Shown here: positions 8,133-18,413 of the stretch, piece after piece
Layout: the number at the start of each line of letters is the position of its first letter
Position numbering within the stretch: position 1 is the first letter of the stretch
Assembly: GCA_004322215.1 (NCBI GenBank)
Contig: SCSM01000039.1
Span: forward strand, 96,744-160,743
DNA length: 64,000 nt
Origin: Bacteroidota bacterium
GTDB taxonomy: Bacteria > Bacteroidota > Ignavibacteria > Kapaibacteriales > UBA2268
Direction of reading: 5' to 3'
Program-made: the position numbers and the translations under genes
Notes under the pieces: generated by a model
Database searches by the model: none
The model's input: only the letters and a program-made list of their open reading frames with translations
What the model was told of the DNA's origin: nothing

Positions 8133-9785
8133 TTATAAAATACTCGTATTTATTAATAATCCTTCTTCAAAACCATCGCCTGCTGCAACAAGTTCATCTT
8201 CTTCCCTGCTTAATTGATTCAGAGTTCCGATGAATTCCCTGTTAGCTTTTCCGTCCTTATGGCGTGCATTGCTACCCTCAAAGAATGCATGCTTGTCGTT
8301 GAGGTCGTTTTCAACATTGCGTATTTCGATTTTGATGGATTCTGTTTTAATTCCCTGTTGATTTAATTTATCCTTTAATTGTATTAACTGATTCTCAAGA
8401 TTTTTTGCAACTTCCCTGCTGTCTGTTTTCATCACAAGTTTTGCAATATCATCTTTCATTGTAATTTCGATTGATACAGTACCGAGTGATGGTGGATTCA
8501 GATTGAGCCGCGCTGTGTACGTTGTATTATTTTGTAAATTCTTAGCAACCTGTAATGTCTTGTCAGCAATTTCTTCCAACCTGAATCTTGTCAATCCAAC
8601 AGTATTTGTAAGGTCAATTTCTTTCGCAGAAATTTTTGGCATATTATAAATCTTATCTGTTATACCTGTTCTGCTTAAATTAAAATTTGACTGTGAGTTA
8701 TAATCTGCTGAAAATTTTGCTGACGGTATCTGAACTTTCTCTTCCTTTGGCAAAATGTTGTTTTCAGACAAATTAGCATTATTTTTCAAATTTTCTGCAA
8801 TTTTTTCTTTTCCTATATTATTTAAATTCGGTGCAATACTATCAACTTTATTCAAAACCTGATTTTTGCTTACTGCTTCATTCTGCTTAATGAACAATCC
8901 TGTAATATCCTTATTATTAAGTATATTTTGCTCAATTGTTTTAATTGAAGCATCTGCTTGTTTTATTTCCTGCATTACTTCAGTTGAATTAGTAATGATT
9001 CCCGGCTGAATTTTTAGATTATTTGATTCGGTTTTTTCAATTCCAGTATTTAACTTTAATGTAGTTGCATCAGTCGCAGCTTTCAATTTTTCGCTCAATT
9101 TCATATTTTTTTGAACAGAAATGTCAACAGTTTTTCTGTTAATAATAAGATTGGAAATATTTGTTTTTCCATCTTTCAATATTTGCAATTCACCGGAAAA
9201 AGATTTTTGGTTTACCATCATTTTTGCAGCAACATCATCGTGAATTTTCACATTTTGTTTCTGTTCAGCCATGCTTTCTGGCTTGACATCTACCTGTTTA
9301 GAATTAATCTTTTGGTTATTATTCGCAGTCAGTTCCTCCGATTTTTTTACTGTTTGTGTTCCGTTTTTAGACGCATCAATTTTTTGCGTATTGCCACTCA
9401 CTGAATTTTTATCTGCTATATCTTTGTCCGTCAGAACCTTTGAACCGGAGCCATTTCCGGAGCTTTTATCATCCTCGTATCTATAATCTTTTTCAGAATA
9501 TGATGTATTATAATCATTTCTTTCATAATGATTGTAATTATTCGCGGAATAGCTCAGCGGCTGGTTATTCAGTGTATTGTCCGCATAATTATCAGTTAAG
9601 GGGGATGAATTTGCAGAATCATAGTCGTTAATTCTTTCTTTAAGACTACGTTCAAAGTAATCGCCTACGGTTTTATCAATTTGCAATGACGGACGTTGGA
9701 TGACGCCGGGTTTGAGCGAGCCCTTCAGAATTGAGATTGAATCAGCCATTTGGTGCCTCCTGCACTTTCTTAAATTGAACAACAC
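8133..9785 (-). CDS. fliK: Flagellar hook-length control protein FliK (N/S/K-rich low-complexity N-terminal region)
   Basis: C-terminal FliK domain (NPPSLGTVSIEITMKDDIAKLVMKTDSREVAKNLENQLIQLK). Operon position between ylxF-like and flgD. The true start is probably at MADSISIL, a few codons in. Confidence 0.75.
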   Translation of the reverse strand: MLFNLRKCRRHQMADSISILKGSLKPGVIQRPSLQIDKTVGDYFERSLKERINDYDSANSSPLTDNYADNTLNNQPLSYSANNYNHYERNDYNTSYSEKDYRYEDDKSSGNGSGSKVLTDKDIADKNSVSGNTQKIDASKNGTQTVKKSEELTANNNQKINSKQVDVKPESMAEQKQNVKIHDDVAAKMMVNQKSFSGELQILKDGKTNISNLIINRKTVDISVQKNMKLSEKLKAATDATTLKLNTGIEKTESNNLKIQPGIITNSTEVMQEIKQADASIKTIEQNILNNKDITGLFIKQNEAVSKNQVLNKVDSIAPNLNNIGKEKIAENLKNNANLSENNILPKEEKVQIPSAKFSADYNSQSNFNLSRTGITDKIYNMPKISAKEIDLTNTVGLTRFRLEEIADKTLQVAKNLQNNTTYTARLNLNPPSLGTVSIEITMKDDIAKLVMKTDSREVAKNLENQLIQLKDKLNQQGIKTESIKIEIRNVENDLNDKHAFFEGSNARHKDGKANREFIGTLNQLSREEDELVAAGDGFEEGLLINTSIL

Positions 9786-9831
9786 ATCCTATTTGTTCAA
9801 TTAATATTAAATGTTAATTATTAATAGTTAA

Positions 9832-10641
9832 TTATCTCTGGCTACCCTGCCGCATAATCTCTGCGGCTCTTTCGGTAGAAATTGCCTCAAGAACCTTGCC
9901 AGCTTTTTTCTTTGACATAAGCTTGAGAATTTTGGAGGCATCTTTGGAATCTATTTTTTCGAGAATTTTTGCAACATCTTTTGGCTCTGAGTTATCATAA
10001 ATTTTTGCAAAATCGGACAGATTTTTATTCTTAATGGAATCGAGTTGTCCAAGCAGTAGTTTCTCTTTTTCCTGTGATGTTTTTGTTATTCTATCAATGT
10101 CTGATAAAACCTGCTTGTAAAGTAATGTTACTTTTTGAAGGGAGTCCCTCAATTTTGCATATATACCGTGAATTTTTGCTATTGAGTCGAGCATTTTCGG
10201 GTATGATGTTTTACCTGTTGATAAAAGTTCATTCTTTTTCGATAATGAATCTGCGAGATTTTTCTGATTATTTAATAATTGTTTGTTTTCAGAAACTAAA
10301 ATTTTATTCCTTACAGATTCTCTAATTAATTCATCGAATTCTGTTTTTGAAATGGTAATATTCGGTACATTCTTTTTACTTTTTGACTTTGAGGTCATTG
10401 TTCTTTCCTGATTAGACTTTCTGTCGATTCCAATAAATCCCGGGAAGAACTTATATACTACAATAAATCCGCCTACAACTATTACAAATGCCGTTACAAG
10501 CGAAATTAAAATCATCATTAAAGATTTTGTACTCATCATACCACCGTTTCTTCCATTTATATCGTTTTTTAATCCCGAATCAGGTTCCGGATAAATTCCG
10601 CTTAGCATCTGCTGTTCAAAACCCGGGATTCTCCACAACAC
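9832..10641 (-). CDS. YlxF-like flagellar operon protein (N-terminal TM anchor, coiled coil, MgtE_N-like C-terminus)
   Basis: TM helix (LMMILISLVTAFVIVVGGFIVVY). C-terminal MgtE_N-like repeats (AKILEKIDSKDASKILKLMSKKKAGKVLEAIS). Sits between fliJ and fliK, as B. subtilis ylxF does. The start may be the internal MMSTK. Confidence 0.5.
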   Translation of the reverse strand: MLWRIPGFEQQMLSGIYPEPDSGLKNDINGRNGGMMSTKSLMMILISLVTAFVIVVGGFIVVYKFFPGFIGIDRKSNQERTMTSKSKSKKNVPNITISKTEFDELIRESVRNKILVSENKQLLNNQKNLADSLSKKNELLSTGKTSYPKMLDSIAKIHGIYAKLRDSLQKVTLLYKQVLSDIDRITKTSQEKEKLLLGQLDSIKNKNLSDFAKIYDNSEPKDVAKILEKIDSKDASKILKLMSKKKAGKVLEAISTERAAEIMRQGSQR

Positions 10642-10668
10642 TTCGTTCAGTTCAAATTGAAATTCAAA

Positions 10669-11115
10669 TTATACCTTCAATATATCAACAGTTTGGCTTA
10701 AGTTTCGGGCAATTTCATCGAGCCGAATAACATCTTCTCTTTCCAAATCGTAATTATGAGCCAATAACTGTTTTTCCTTAAGTTTTATTAATATTTTTTT
10801 TTCTTTAAGAACTTCGTTTAATCTATCTCTTTTTTCGGATTCTGTTTCGATTAACTTTAGCTTTTCTTTTGCAAGTTTTTTTAATTCATCTCTAACAAAT
10901 GTTTTATGAAAATGTCCTGCCTGAAGGTCGGATGCCTTTTTGTTACCTGTTTCAGCTCTCAATATTTGTTTTAAATAATTTTCTTTTTCCTCGATTTCTT
11001 CTTCTTTTTTCCGGCGCTTATTGGCAGCATTTCTCAATTCACGCTTCGATTCCTCAACCTTATGCGACCTTAATCTTAATACCGGCTCCAATCTGAACTT
11101 AAAATTTTTAGCCAT
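10669..11115 (-). CDS. fliJ: Flagellar export chaperone FliJ
   Basis: 148-aa coiled-coil protein with a FliJ N-terminus (FRLEPVLRLRSHKVEESKRELRNA). Directly follows fliI. Confidence 0.8.
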   Translation of the reverse strand: MAKNFKFRLEPVLRLRSHKVEESKRELRNAANKRRKKEEEIEEKENYLKQILRAETGNKKASDLQAGHFHKTFVRDELKKLAKEKLKLIETESEKRDRLNEVLKEKKILIKLKEKQLLAHNYDLEREDVIRLDEIARNLSQTVDILKV

Positions 11116-11181
11116 AATTCATATAATTCGTATACTTATATTACGATAATTCATATTTATTTTTTTTGATAATTTCCCTGC

Positions 11182-12504
11182 TTAACTTAACGAAATCCCT
11201 TTCAACTGTTCAATAGCATCTTCATATTCTGTTGTTTCATAAACACCTTGTTTAAGAAATCCGTTAATCCTGTCATTCAAAGCAATTGACTTGTCAATCA
11301 CCGGATTAGTTCCTTTCTGATAAGCACCTACACTAATCAAATCCTCGGCTTCGCTATAAGCAGCCATCAGTTCCTGTACTTTCAATATAGCATTAAAATG
11401 TTCCTTGCTGATTACATCGTTTCTTACCCTGCTTATACTTTGCAGTACATCAATAGCAGGGTAGTGACTCATATTTGCAAGCCGTCTTGTTAACACAATG
11501 TGTCCGTCCAAAATACCTCTCGAGGCATCTGATATCGGCTCGTTTATATCATCTCCTTCTACTAAGACTGAATAAAGAGCAGTAATCGAACCGTCAATAG
11601 AAGTTCCTGCTCTCTCCATAGTCCTTTGTAATAATGAAAAGACAGATGGAGTATAGCCCTTTGTTGTCGGCGGTTCTCCTATGGCTAATCCGACCTCACG
11701 CTGAGCCATAGCAAGTCTTGTGGCTGAGTCCATCATAAACATCACATCGAGCCCTTTTTCGCGGAAATATTCAGCGATAGTTGTAGCAACCAGCGCACCT
11801 TTTACCCTGACGAGCGGTGGATTATCACTGGGAGCTATGATAACAACTGAACGCTTCAAGCCCTCCTCCTGCAAATCCTTTTCGAGAAACTCTCTGACTT
11901 CCCTTCCGCGTTCACCAATTAATGCAATGACATTTATATCGGCTGAAGTATTCCTGGCAATCATTCCGATAATAGTAGATTTACCGATTCCCGAACCTGA
12001 GAAAATTCCCATTCTCTGCCCTTTGCCGAGAGTAAGCATAGTGTCAATTGCTCTTATGCCTGTGGCAACCGGCTCGAGAACTCTTTTTCGTTTTAGTGGG
12101 TCTGGAGGTATTGCATAAATTGAGCGTCTTTCACCTCCGATAATATCGCCAAGCCCGTCAATCGGTTCTCCCAATCCTCCCAGGATTCTCCCGAGAAGCC
12201 GGTCTCCAACATTAATGCTCAGTGATTCACCGGATGCAATTATTTCCGTTCCCGGTGAAATTTCTTTTGGTTCTCCGAGAACCATTGATAAAATTTTATT
12301 ATCGCGGAAGCCAACTATTTCGGATTTACATATTTCTTTGCCATTCCTGTCCCTGACAATGCAAACTTCACCGACAGGTGCTTTTGGTCCTTCACTTTCG
12401 AGGATGATTCCAATAACTTTAGTAATTCTGCCGCTCAAAGTAAGAGTATTCTTTGCTCTGACTGCATTACCGACACTTTCTCTTATTGTCTCAGCCGTTA
12501 TCAT
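11182..12504 (-). CDS. fliI: Flagellum-specific ATPase FliI
   Basis: Walker A (GSGIGKST). F1/T3SS-ATPase-like core. 440 aa. Overlaps fliH by 14 nt. Confidence 0.9.
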   Translation of the reverse strand: MITAETIRESVGNAVRAKNTLTLSGRITKVIGIILESEGPKAPVGEVCIVRDRNGKEICKSEIVGFRDNKILSMVLGEPKEISPGTEIIASGESLSINVGDRLLGRILGGLGEPIDGLGDIIGGERRSIYAIPPDPLKRKRVLEPVATGIRAIDTMLTLGKGQRMGIFSGSGIGKSTIIGMIARNTSADINVIALIGERGREVREFLEKDLQEEGLKRSVVIIAPSDNPPLVRVKGALVATTIAEYFREKGLDVMFMMDSATRLAMAQREVGLAIGEPPTTKGYTPSVFSLLQRTMERAGTSIDGSITALYSVLVEGDDINEPISDASRGILDGHIVLTRRLANMSHYPAIDVLQSISRVRNDVISKEHFNAILKVQELMAAYSEAEDLISVGAYQKGTNPVIDKSIALNDRINGFLKQGVYETTEYEDAIEQLKGISLS

Positions 12505-13312
12505 TTGGTGATTCCGATTCTGCTTCCATTTGTTTCAGTAATTCTATGTCTCTGTCGGGTTTGTTCTTTTGGAGTGCATTCTGCAATGCAATTTTAATAA
12601 TTTCGAGTTGTGAGCCACGGCGGGCATCAACGCTGCCTACAGATGTTTCGAGTATGCAGAATCCGGGTTCCACGGAATCGTTCGGCACAAGCTGAACATC
12701 CTGGATTCGCGAGGAATCATCTACGAGTGAGCTTTTTACTTCTTCGAGTATTCTTATATCGGTTGGGTTAAGATGTATCTTGAAGATAAATTCATTATCG
12801 AGAGATTTAATTGACTTCTGGACTTGTTCTATTACGGATTTTGAATTGCCGCTGATTTCTTTTTCAATTATTTTTTCTGCTACCAGTATTGCAAGTTCAG
12901 GTAAAGATTCTTCAAGTAAAGATAGTTCTCCCGAAACCTGAGCCCGTAATTCCCTGATTACATTTTCAATATTTCTTATCCAATGCTGGTAAGATTCAAT
13001 TTCATTTTTATAGACATTAACTGCATAATCCTCCCCTTCGGCAAAGCCGGTCTCATACGATTCCTTTTTTTGTTTATCGGCAACATCCCTCGGAATAAAT
13101 TGTGTCGGCAGTTCTTTTAATGATATTTCAATCGGCTGGTCAGAACCGGAAAAGGCAAATTCCTGTGAAAATACAGCTTTTGAAATAACATCCTGTTGGT
13201 CGGTAACGATATTATTTTTAAAATAGCTTTTTCCTGATGTTGCTATTTCCCCACCAGTCAGGACTTCAAGTCTTGTAAGTTTCTTTGGAATTTTCAGTAC
13301 GAATTTACTCAT
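12491..13312 (-). CDS. fliH: Flagellar assembly protein FliH
   Basis: 273 aa. Position between fliG and fliI. FliH-like central acidic/coiled region. Confidence 0.75.
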   Translation of the reverse strand: MSKFVLKIPKKLTRLEVLTGGEIATSGKSYFKNNIVTDQQDVISKAVFSQEFAFSGSDQPIEISLKELPTQFIPRDVADKQKKESYETGFAEGEDYAVNVYKNEIESYQHWIRNIENVIRELRAQVSGELSLLEESLPELAILVAEKIIEKEISGNSKSVIEQVQKSIKSLDNEFIFKIHLNPTDIRILEEVKSSLVDDSSRIQDVQLVPNDSVEPGFCILETSVGSVDARRGSQLEIIKIALQNALQKNKPDRDIELLKQMEAESESPNDNG

Positions 13313-13405
13313 TATATATAATTATTATTTAAATTTTTTCTTAAATATGTCTCTGCAATCCAACTTAATTATGTGAGGGGGGGGGTACTCCCGGCACTAT
13401 TATCA

Positions 13406-14428
13406 TTAAACAAATACGTCTTCCTTGCCTTTACCGCCAATAGATATTTCTTCCTGGTCTTCGAGTTGTTTGATAATGTCAACAATCCTTATTTGAGCTG
13501 ATTCAACTTCCTTCAATTTAACAGGACCCATGAATTCAAGCTCTTCTTTAACTACTTCAGCAGCACGTTCAGACATATTCTTAAATATTTTCTGCTTGAT
13601 TTTATCGTCCGAAATTTTGAGTGCTAGAGCAAGGTCTCGTTTATCAACATCACGCAAAATTCTTTGTATGCCCCTATCGTCAATTGTAATAATATCTTCA
13701 AAGAGGAACATGAGTCGCTTAATTTGTGTAGCAAGGTCGAAATCTCTTGCTTCTATTGTCTCGAGCATCGCTTTAGCAGAAGCATTAGTACTCCTGTTCA
13801 ATATGTTTGCAACAAGCTGGGCACCTCCGGCAATTGCCATATCCTGCGAAAGAGTTGATTCCGCTATTTCATCTACAACGTGTTCTATTTGTGATAGCAA
13901 AGTCGGTGAAACTTTTCCGAGTTTGGCAATCCTGTGTATCGTATCGCTTTTCAAATCCTCTTTGAATTCATTCAAAACATCTGCCGATTGGTCAGGTGAC
14001 AAATGTGAGAGGATCAGTGCAATTGTCTGAGGATGCTCCTTCGAAAGAAAACTTGCTAACTGCTGCGGGTCTGCTTTTTTAAGTATGTTAAAGCCCCTGA
14101 CAGTCGTTAAAACCCTGATTTTTTCTATAATATCCTTTGCCTTGTCCAAGCCATACGATTTTTCGAGAAGAACCTGTGCAAAATCAATTCCTCCTTCAAT
14201 CATATAACTTTGTGCAGTCATAAGCTGATAGAATTCTTCTATAATTTCCTCGATAACATTTGAGCTTAGGTCTTTCAGATTTGTTATTTCGACCGCAATT
14301 TGCTCAACTTCGTGCATATCGAGTTCCTTGAAAACTTTTGCTGCCACATCTACATCTAATGACATTAACAGGACAGCCGCTTTCTGCCTGCCGGTTAGCT
14401 CGGATGTTGATATTGTTTTCTTTTTCAT
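13406..14428 (-). CDS. fliG: Flagellar motor switch protein FliG
   Basis: 340 aa. FliG-type N-terminus (GRQKAAVLLMSLDVDVAAKVFKEL) and armadillo-like repeats. Confidence 0.9.
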   Translation of the reverse strand: MKKKTISTSELTGRQKAAVLLMSLDVDVAAKVFKELDMHEVEQIAVEITNLKDLSSNVIEEIIEEFYQLMTAQSYMIEGGIDFAQVLLEKSYGLDKAKDIIEKIRVLTTVRGFNILKKADPQQLASFLSKEHPQTIALILSHLSPDQSADVLNEFKEDLKSDTIHRIAKLGKVSPTLLSQIEHVVDEIAESTLSQDMAIAGGAQLVANILNRSTNASAKAMLETIEARDFDLATQIKRLMFLFEDIITIDDRGIQRILRDVDKRDLALALKISDDKIKQKIFKNMSERAAEVVKEELEFMGPVKLKEVESAQIRIVDIIKQLEDQEEISIGGKGKEDVFV

Positions 14429-14547
14429 AAATATTGTATTTTATTAAAGATTTAAATCTTAGTATTTATTAAATTATCAACGTTATAAATAAATTTAATA
14501 TTGCAACGATTTTCCAAATTACTTAATAATTTTTTTCACAAAAAACA

Positions 14548-16335
14548 TTATTTGTTCGTTTTTATTTCTTCTGGCTCCTGGACAAGCATCATTCTTATCA
14601 TTCTGACAGCATCCTGAGTTTGTCCCTCGATGTATTCCTGAACTTTATTTTTTAATTCCATCTTCAGCATGACATCTTCGGTGAAACCGGATAATTCATC
14701 TTTTTCGAGTCTCGCTCTTGCCATCGATGCCAATGCTTCTTTGTCGAGCGGCTTACCGAATTCTTCATCATCATAAGCATCGAGTTCAGCTCCTCTTTCG
14801 CCCTCGAGAAGAAGTTGTTCGGGTAGTTCACCGGGTGTTAAGAGTAATTGTTCTTCTCCCATGGCTATTTCCTCCAGTCTTTCTGCCTGTTCCTGGACTT
14901 CTTCCTCTTCTTCTTCTACTGAAATTTTCTCAGGTAATGAGAATGCAATTCTTAATCTTTCTTTTATCTGCTTGGATTGCAACAGACGGTACATTAAGAA
15001 CATTGTAATGACAATTGCTGCAAGCAGGAAAATGATTTTATAATCGGGATTGTTATACCATTTAACATCCTCTGCAGTACCTGTTTCCTCGATTGGGGTA
15101 GTGTCGAACCTGACATTTAGTACCGATACCTGGTCGTTTCTCATGGGGTCATATCCCACTGCTTTCTTGACTATATTATCGAGGTTAAGCATCACACTGT
15201 CTGACCTGGGATTATAAATTGTCGTGTCTCTTCCGCTTATATTTTTTTTGTCATACGTGCCATTTATAAGTGCAGCAACTGATAACCTTTTTATATTACC
15301 GACTTCTTTTATTATTCTTGCTATTGTTTCAGGTATCTCATAATTAGAAATTGTATTAGACTTAGAACGAGTATTGCTCGAACTTGGAGATACATATGAT
15401 ATTAATGAATCACTTCGAGTTGACGAATCCGCTGATGAACTCGATTCGCTCACCGATTGCTCGCTTCGTACTACCTGCTTTTCAGGGTCATAAGTTTTTA
15501 CAGTACTGTCAATCTGGTCGAAATTCAGTTCTGCATTTACTCTCACTTCAGAATTTCCTTCTCCAAGTACTCCATCCAGCATAGATTGTACTTTATCGGC
15601 AAGGTAATGCTCCACTTTCATCTGCTGCTGGTATTGAGTGGCTGTCATCCCAGCAATCGAAGCAGATTCCTGAGGTGATTCCGACAGGATTTTTCCTCTT
15701 TGGTCAACTACAATTACATCTTCCGGTTTCATTCCTTCGATACTTCCCGAAACGAGATTCTGTATTCCTTCAATGCTTGTTTTTGCGAGTCCGCGGTTTC
15801 CTTTTAAATGTAATGACACGGAAGCTGTTGGCGGTTTCTGGTCTTTATCGAACAATGCTTTTTCCGGTATAACGATATGCACCCTTGCTTTGTTAACATC
15901 TTCGATTGAAGAAATTGTTTTGGCAAGTTCACCTTCCAAAGCTCTGCGATAGTTTAATTTTTGAACAAATTCCGACATCCCGAGGTTGGTCTTATCGAAA
16001 AGTTCATATCCAATCATTCCGGATTCTGGAAGTCCTTCGCTTGCCAGGGATAGCCGTGTGTCATATACCTTATCTTTTTCAATCAAAATTGTTGAGCCAT
16101 TTTCCTGCAAGTCATATTCAATCTTATCATCCTTCAGTTTCTGTACTATTTTGGACGCTTCTTTTTCATCGAGACCTGTGAAAAGAACCGACTTTTCTTT
16201 GGCTGTAACCGATGAAACTATTAAATACATACCTGATATTACAGCGATAAAGACTATTCCAATCATGATTCTTTGCATGATAGTCAGCCGGTTGAAGAAA
16301 TTTCTAATCTGTGTTCCTACGTCAAGTTTTGCCAT
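14548..16335 (-). CDS. fliF: Flagellar MS-ring protein FliF
   Basis: 595 aa. Two TM segments flanking a large periplasmic region. FliF N-terminus (FFNRLTIMQRIMIGIVFIAV). Confidence 0.9.
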   Translation of the reverse strand: MAKLDVGTQIRNFFNRLTIMQRIMIGIVFIAVISGMYLIVSSVTAKEKSVLFTGLDEKEASKIVQKLKDDKIEYDLQENGSTILIEKDKVYDTRLSLASEGLPESGMIGYELFDKTNLGMSEFVQKLNYRRALEGELAKTISSIEDVNKARVHIVIPEKALFDKDQKPPTASVSLHLKGNRGLAKTSIEGIQNLVSGSIEGMKPEDVIVVDQRGKILSESPQESASIAGMTATQYQQQMKVEHYLADKVQSMLDGVLGEGNSEVRVNAELNFDQIDSTVKTYDPEKQVVRSEQSVSESSSSADSSTRSDSLISYVSPSSSNTRSKSNTISNYEIPETIARIIKEVGNIKRLSVAALINGTYDKKNISGRDTTIYNPRSDSVMLNLDNIVKKAVGYDPMRNDQVSVLNVRFDTTPIEETGTAEDVKWYNNPDYKIIFLLAAIVITMFLMYRLLQSKQIKERLRIAFSLPEKISVEEEEEEVQEQAERLEEIAMGEEQLLLTPGELPEQLLLEGERGAELDAYDDEEFGKPLDKEALASMARARLEKDELSGFTEDVMLKMELKNKVQEYIEGQTQDAVRMIRMMLVQEPEEIKTNK

Positions 16336-16380
16336 ATAAATCTATATTTATTTATTTAATTTCAACATTATTAATATATA

Positions 16381-16689
16381 TTAAGTCTGCATACGCGAAA
16401 TTTCGCGGTACATATCCAGAAATCTGTTACGGATTTCCATTAATAACTGGAATGAAGTTTTTGCTTTTTCAGAGGCAATCATCACATCATGTATATCAAC
16501 CGGTTCGCCTTTAATCATTCTTTCGGTTAAATCGGCTGACTGAACCTGCAATGTGTTTGTATCATCGATAAGTTCTTTGAGTGTATCTGAGAATTTTTCA
16601 CCCTGTGAAGCACCGGGTGCTTGTCCTTTTGCCTGCTGTTCGACAAGCGGCAGATATTGTTTTGCTCTGTCTAATTCATTAATTATCAT
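16381..16689 (-). CDS. fliE: Flagellar hook-basal body protein FliE
   Basis: 102 aa. FliE-like conserved C-terminus (MIASEKAKTSFQLLMEIRNRFLDMYREI). Confidence 0.8.
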   Translation of the reverse strand: MIINELDRAKQYLPLVEQQAKGQAPGASQGEKFSDTLKELIDDTNTLQVQSADLTERMIKGEPVDIHDVMIASEKAKTSFQLLMEIRNRFLDMYREISRMQT

Positions 16690-16817
16690 TTGTGAATCCC
16701 TTCAAATTTTTCTTCGTCCCTGAATTTTGTCATTCATTGTGTCTCAAGAATCTCCTTATTATATGGAAAGATCCTTCATTCCGCTTTGCTAAATTCAGAA
16801 TGAAAATCTTAAAGTTA

Positions 16818-17102
16818 TTAAGCTATACCGTCGAACAATGTGCCCTTGCTTGTAGCAGGTGTTTCGAGTTTTCCGTGCCTGTTGAAGAGTACATGTTTTT
16901 TGATTAGCTCGGAGTTTTCGGGAAACAGATTGGCAAAGAACTCGCGTTCATTAGAAGACAATGTAACGGTATCACCATGGAATGGCTTACCATTGAGATT
17001 TTTATCCTCAATTTTCAGCTTCGTCGTACCGTCAATCCTGTTTTGCCTTTCTTGTGGCTCAACAATGAAATCACGATATGGATTTACTCCGTTGATTTTC
17101 AT
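16818..17102 (-). CDS. Hypothetical small protein (94 aa) inserted between flgC and fliE
   Basis: Same-strand ORF filling an otherwise unexplained 483-nt gap inside the usually contiguous flgB-flgC-fliE triad. No recognisable motif. The ribosome-binding site is weak and distant (GGGG about 17 nt upstream). Confidence 0.3.
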   Translation of the reverse strand: MKINGVNPYRDFIVEPQERQNRIDGTTKLKIEDKNLNGKPFHGDTVTLSSNEREFFANLFPENSELIKKHVLFNRHGKLETPATSKGTLFDGIA

Positions 17103-17172
17103 TATGTTTCCGAACTACCCCTTTTTTATTAAATCTTCCTGATTTACATTTATTAATATATATAAAAATCAA

Positions 17173-17655
17173 TTAAATATCAAGTGAATCCCTTGCCATG
17201 TTTTTTGCCGACTCAATAACCGAGGCATTTGCTTCGAATCCACGCTGTGCCGAAATCATTTCCACCATTTCTGTGACAATATTAATATTAGGCATAGCGA
17301 CATATCCATCTTCATCTGCATCGGGATGAGATGGGTCATAAATCATTCTCGGGGGAGAATCATCTTTAGCCAAATGTGCCTCCAAAACATTTGAATACGG
17401 ATTTCCTTCTGCATATTCATTTCCGGTATGAATGTTTTCAGAGCCGGTTAAGCTTATTTGGCTATCCAGCTCATCTTCGAAGGAATTATTCTGAACAGCA
17501 TTGACAATCACAATATCACGCTTATACGGCAGTCCATCGGGACCCTTTGTCGTGTTTGCATTCGCAATGTTATTCGCCACGGCATTGAGCCGCATTCTCT
17601 GCAAACTCATACCCTTTCCGCTTATTTCAAATGTTGAAAATATGTTTTCTGACAT
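17173..17655 (-). CDS. flgC: Flagellar basal-body rod protein FlgC
   Basis: 160 aa. Rod-protein N-terminal motif (LNAVANNIANANTT) and FlgC C-terminus. Confidence 0.9.
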   Translation of the reverse strand: MSENIFSTFEISGKGMSLQRMRLNAVANNIANANTTKGPDGLPYKRDIVIVNAVQNNSFEDELDSQISLTGSENIHTGNEYAEGNPYSNVLEAHLAKDDSPPRMIYDPSHPDADEDGYVAMPNINIVTEMVEMISAQRGFEANASVIESAKNMARDSLDI

Positions 17656-17668
17656 ATTCCTTCCTTTT

Positions 17669-18094
17669 TTAGTATTTCAACCCGGTAATTGCATTTTGCA
17701 TACCCTGAAAATAAGACTTTACAGTACGGGCGGCAAACCTGTACCGTATCTGGTTCTGTGCCAGTTCAGCCATCTCCTTATCAATACTGACATGGCTTTC
17801 ACCGGAACTATATAATTCCGGTTGAGGCACTTCAGGTACAGTTACCATCGGATTAACATCATTATCCCCGACATTAGTACCGATTGGAATGTGCTTCTCA
17901 TTCGTTACCTCACCCGTTGTCGAAGTCATTGCCTTATTAAACAACTCCTCGAACTTCACCTTTTCGGGCTTATAGTCCGGTGTCGTTACGTTAGCAATGT
18001 TCTTCGCTATCGTTCTTTGCCGTAAAGCATAGGCATCGAGCCCCCTGTTCAATAAAGGAAGCCGGTTCCTAAACAAATACTGACGGTATATCAA
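17669..18094 (-). CDS. flgB: Flagellar basal-body rod protein FlgB
   Basis: 141 aa. N-terminal rod motif (RTIAKNIANVTTPDYK). First gene of the operon. Confidence 0.85.
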   Translation of the reverse strand: MIYRQYLFRNRLPLLNRGLDAYALRQRTIAKNIANVTTPDYKPEKVKFEELFNKAMTSTTGEVTNEKHIPIGTNVGDNDVNPMVTVPEVPQPELYSSGESHVSIDKEMAELAQNQIRYRFAARTVKSYFQGMQNAITGLKY

Positions 18095-18413
18095 ATTCTC
18101 ACCGCAAATACTGTTACTATATTTAAATTAAAAGTTATTATAACAATTTGAGTGCCAAAACAATGAAATAATATTCATTTAAGTTAATTATATATAATTA
18201 ATAAAGTTAGAAATGTTTCCTGCAATTTTTCTGTTGTATTATTTCTTAATAATAATCAAATAAAAGAATAATCTTCAGTCAGTGGTTTTTTTTAACCAAA
18301 TCAGATAATTTTTAGTTAAGATATGTATTGTGATTTTTGAGTTGCCTGTTAAAATTGGTAACTTGCAAAATATAATTGACCTTAATTGAAATTGTTTTTA
18401 ATAGTATTTATTA

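Noticed and set aside
18095-18413. Search for a sigma-54 (GG-N10-GC) or sigma-28 promoter upstream of flgB, and a -35/-10 pair for the radical SAM gene
   Set aside because: TGGTAACTTGCA and TTGCCT...TATAAT candidates have the wrong spacing. No convincing promoter could be called by eye.
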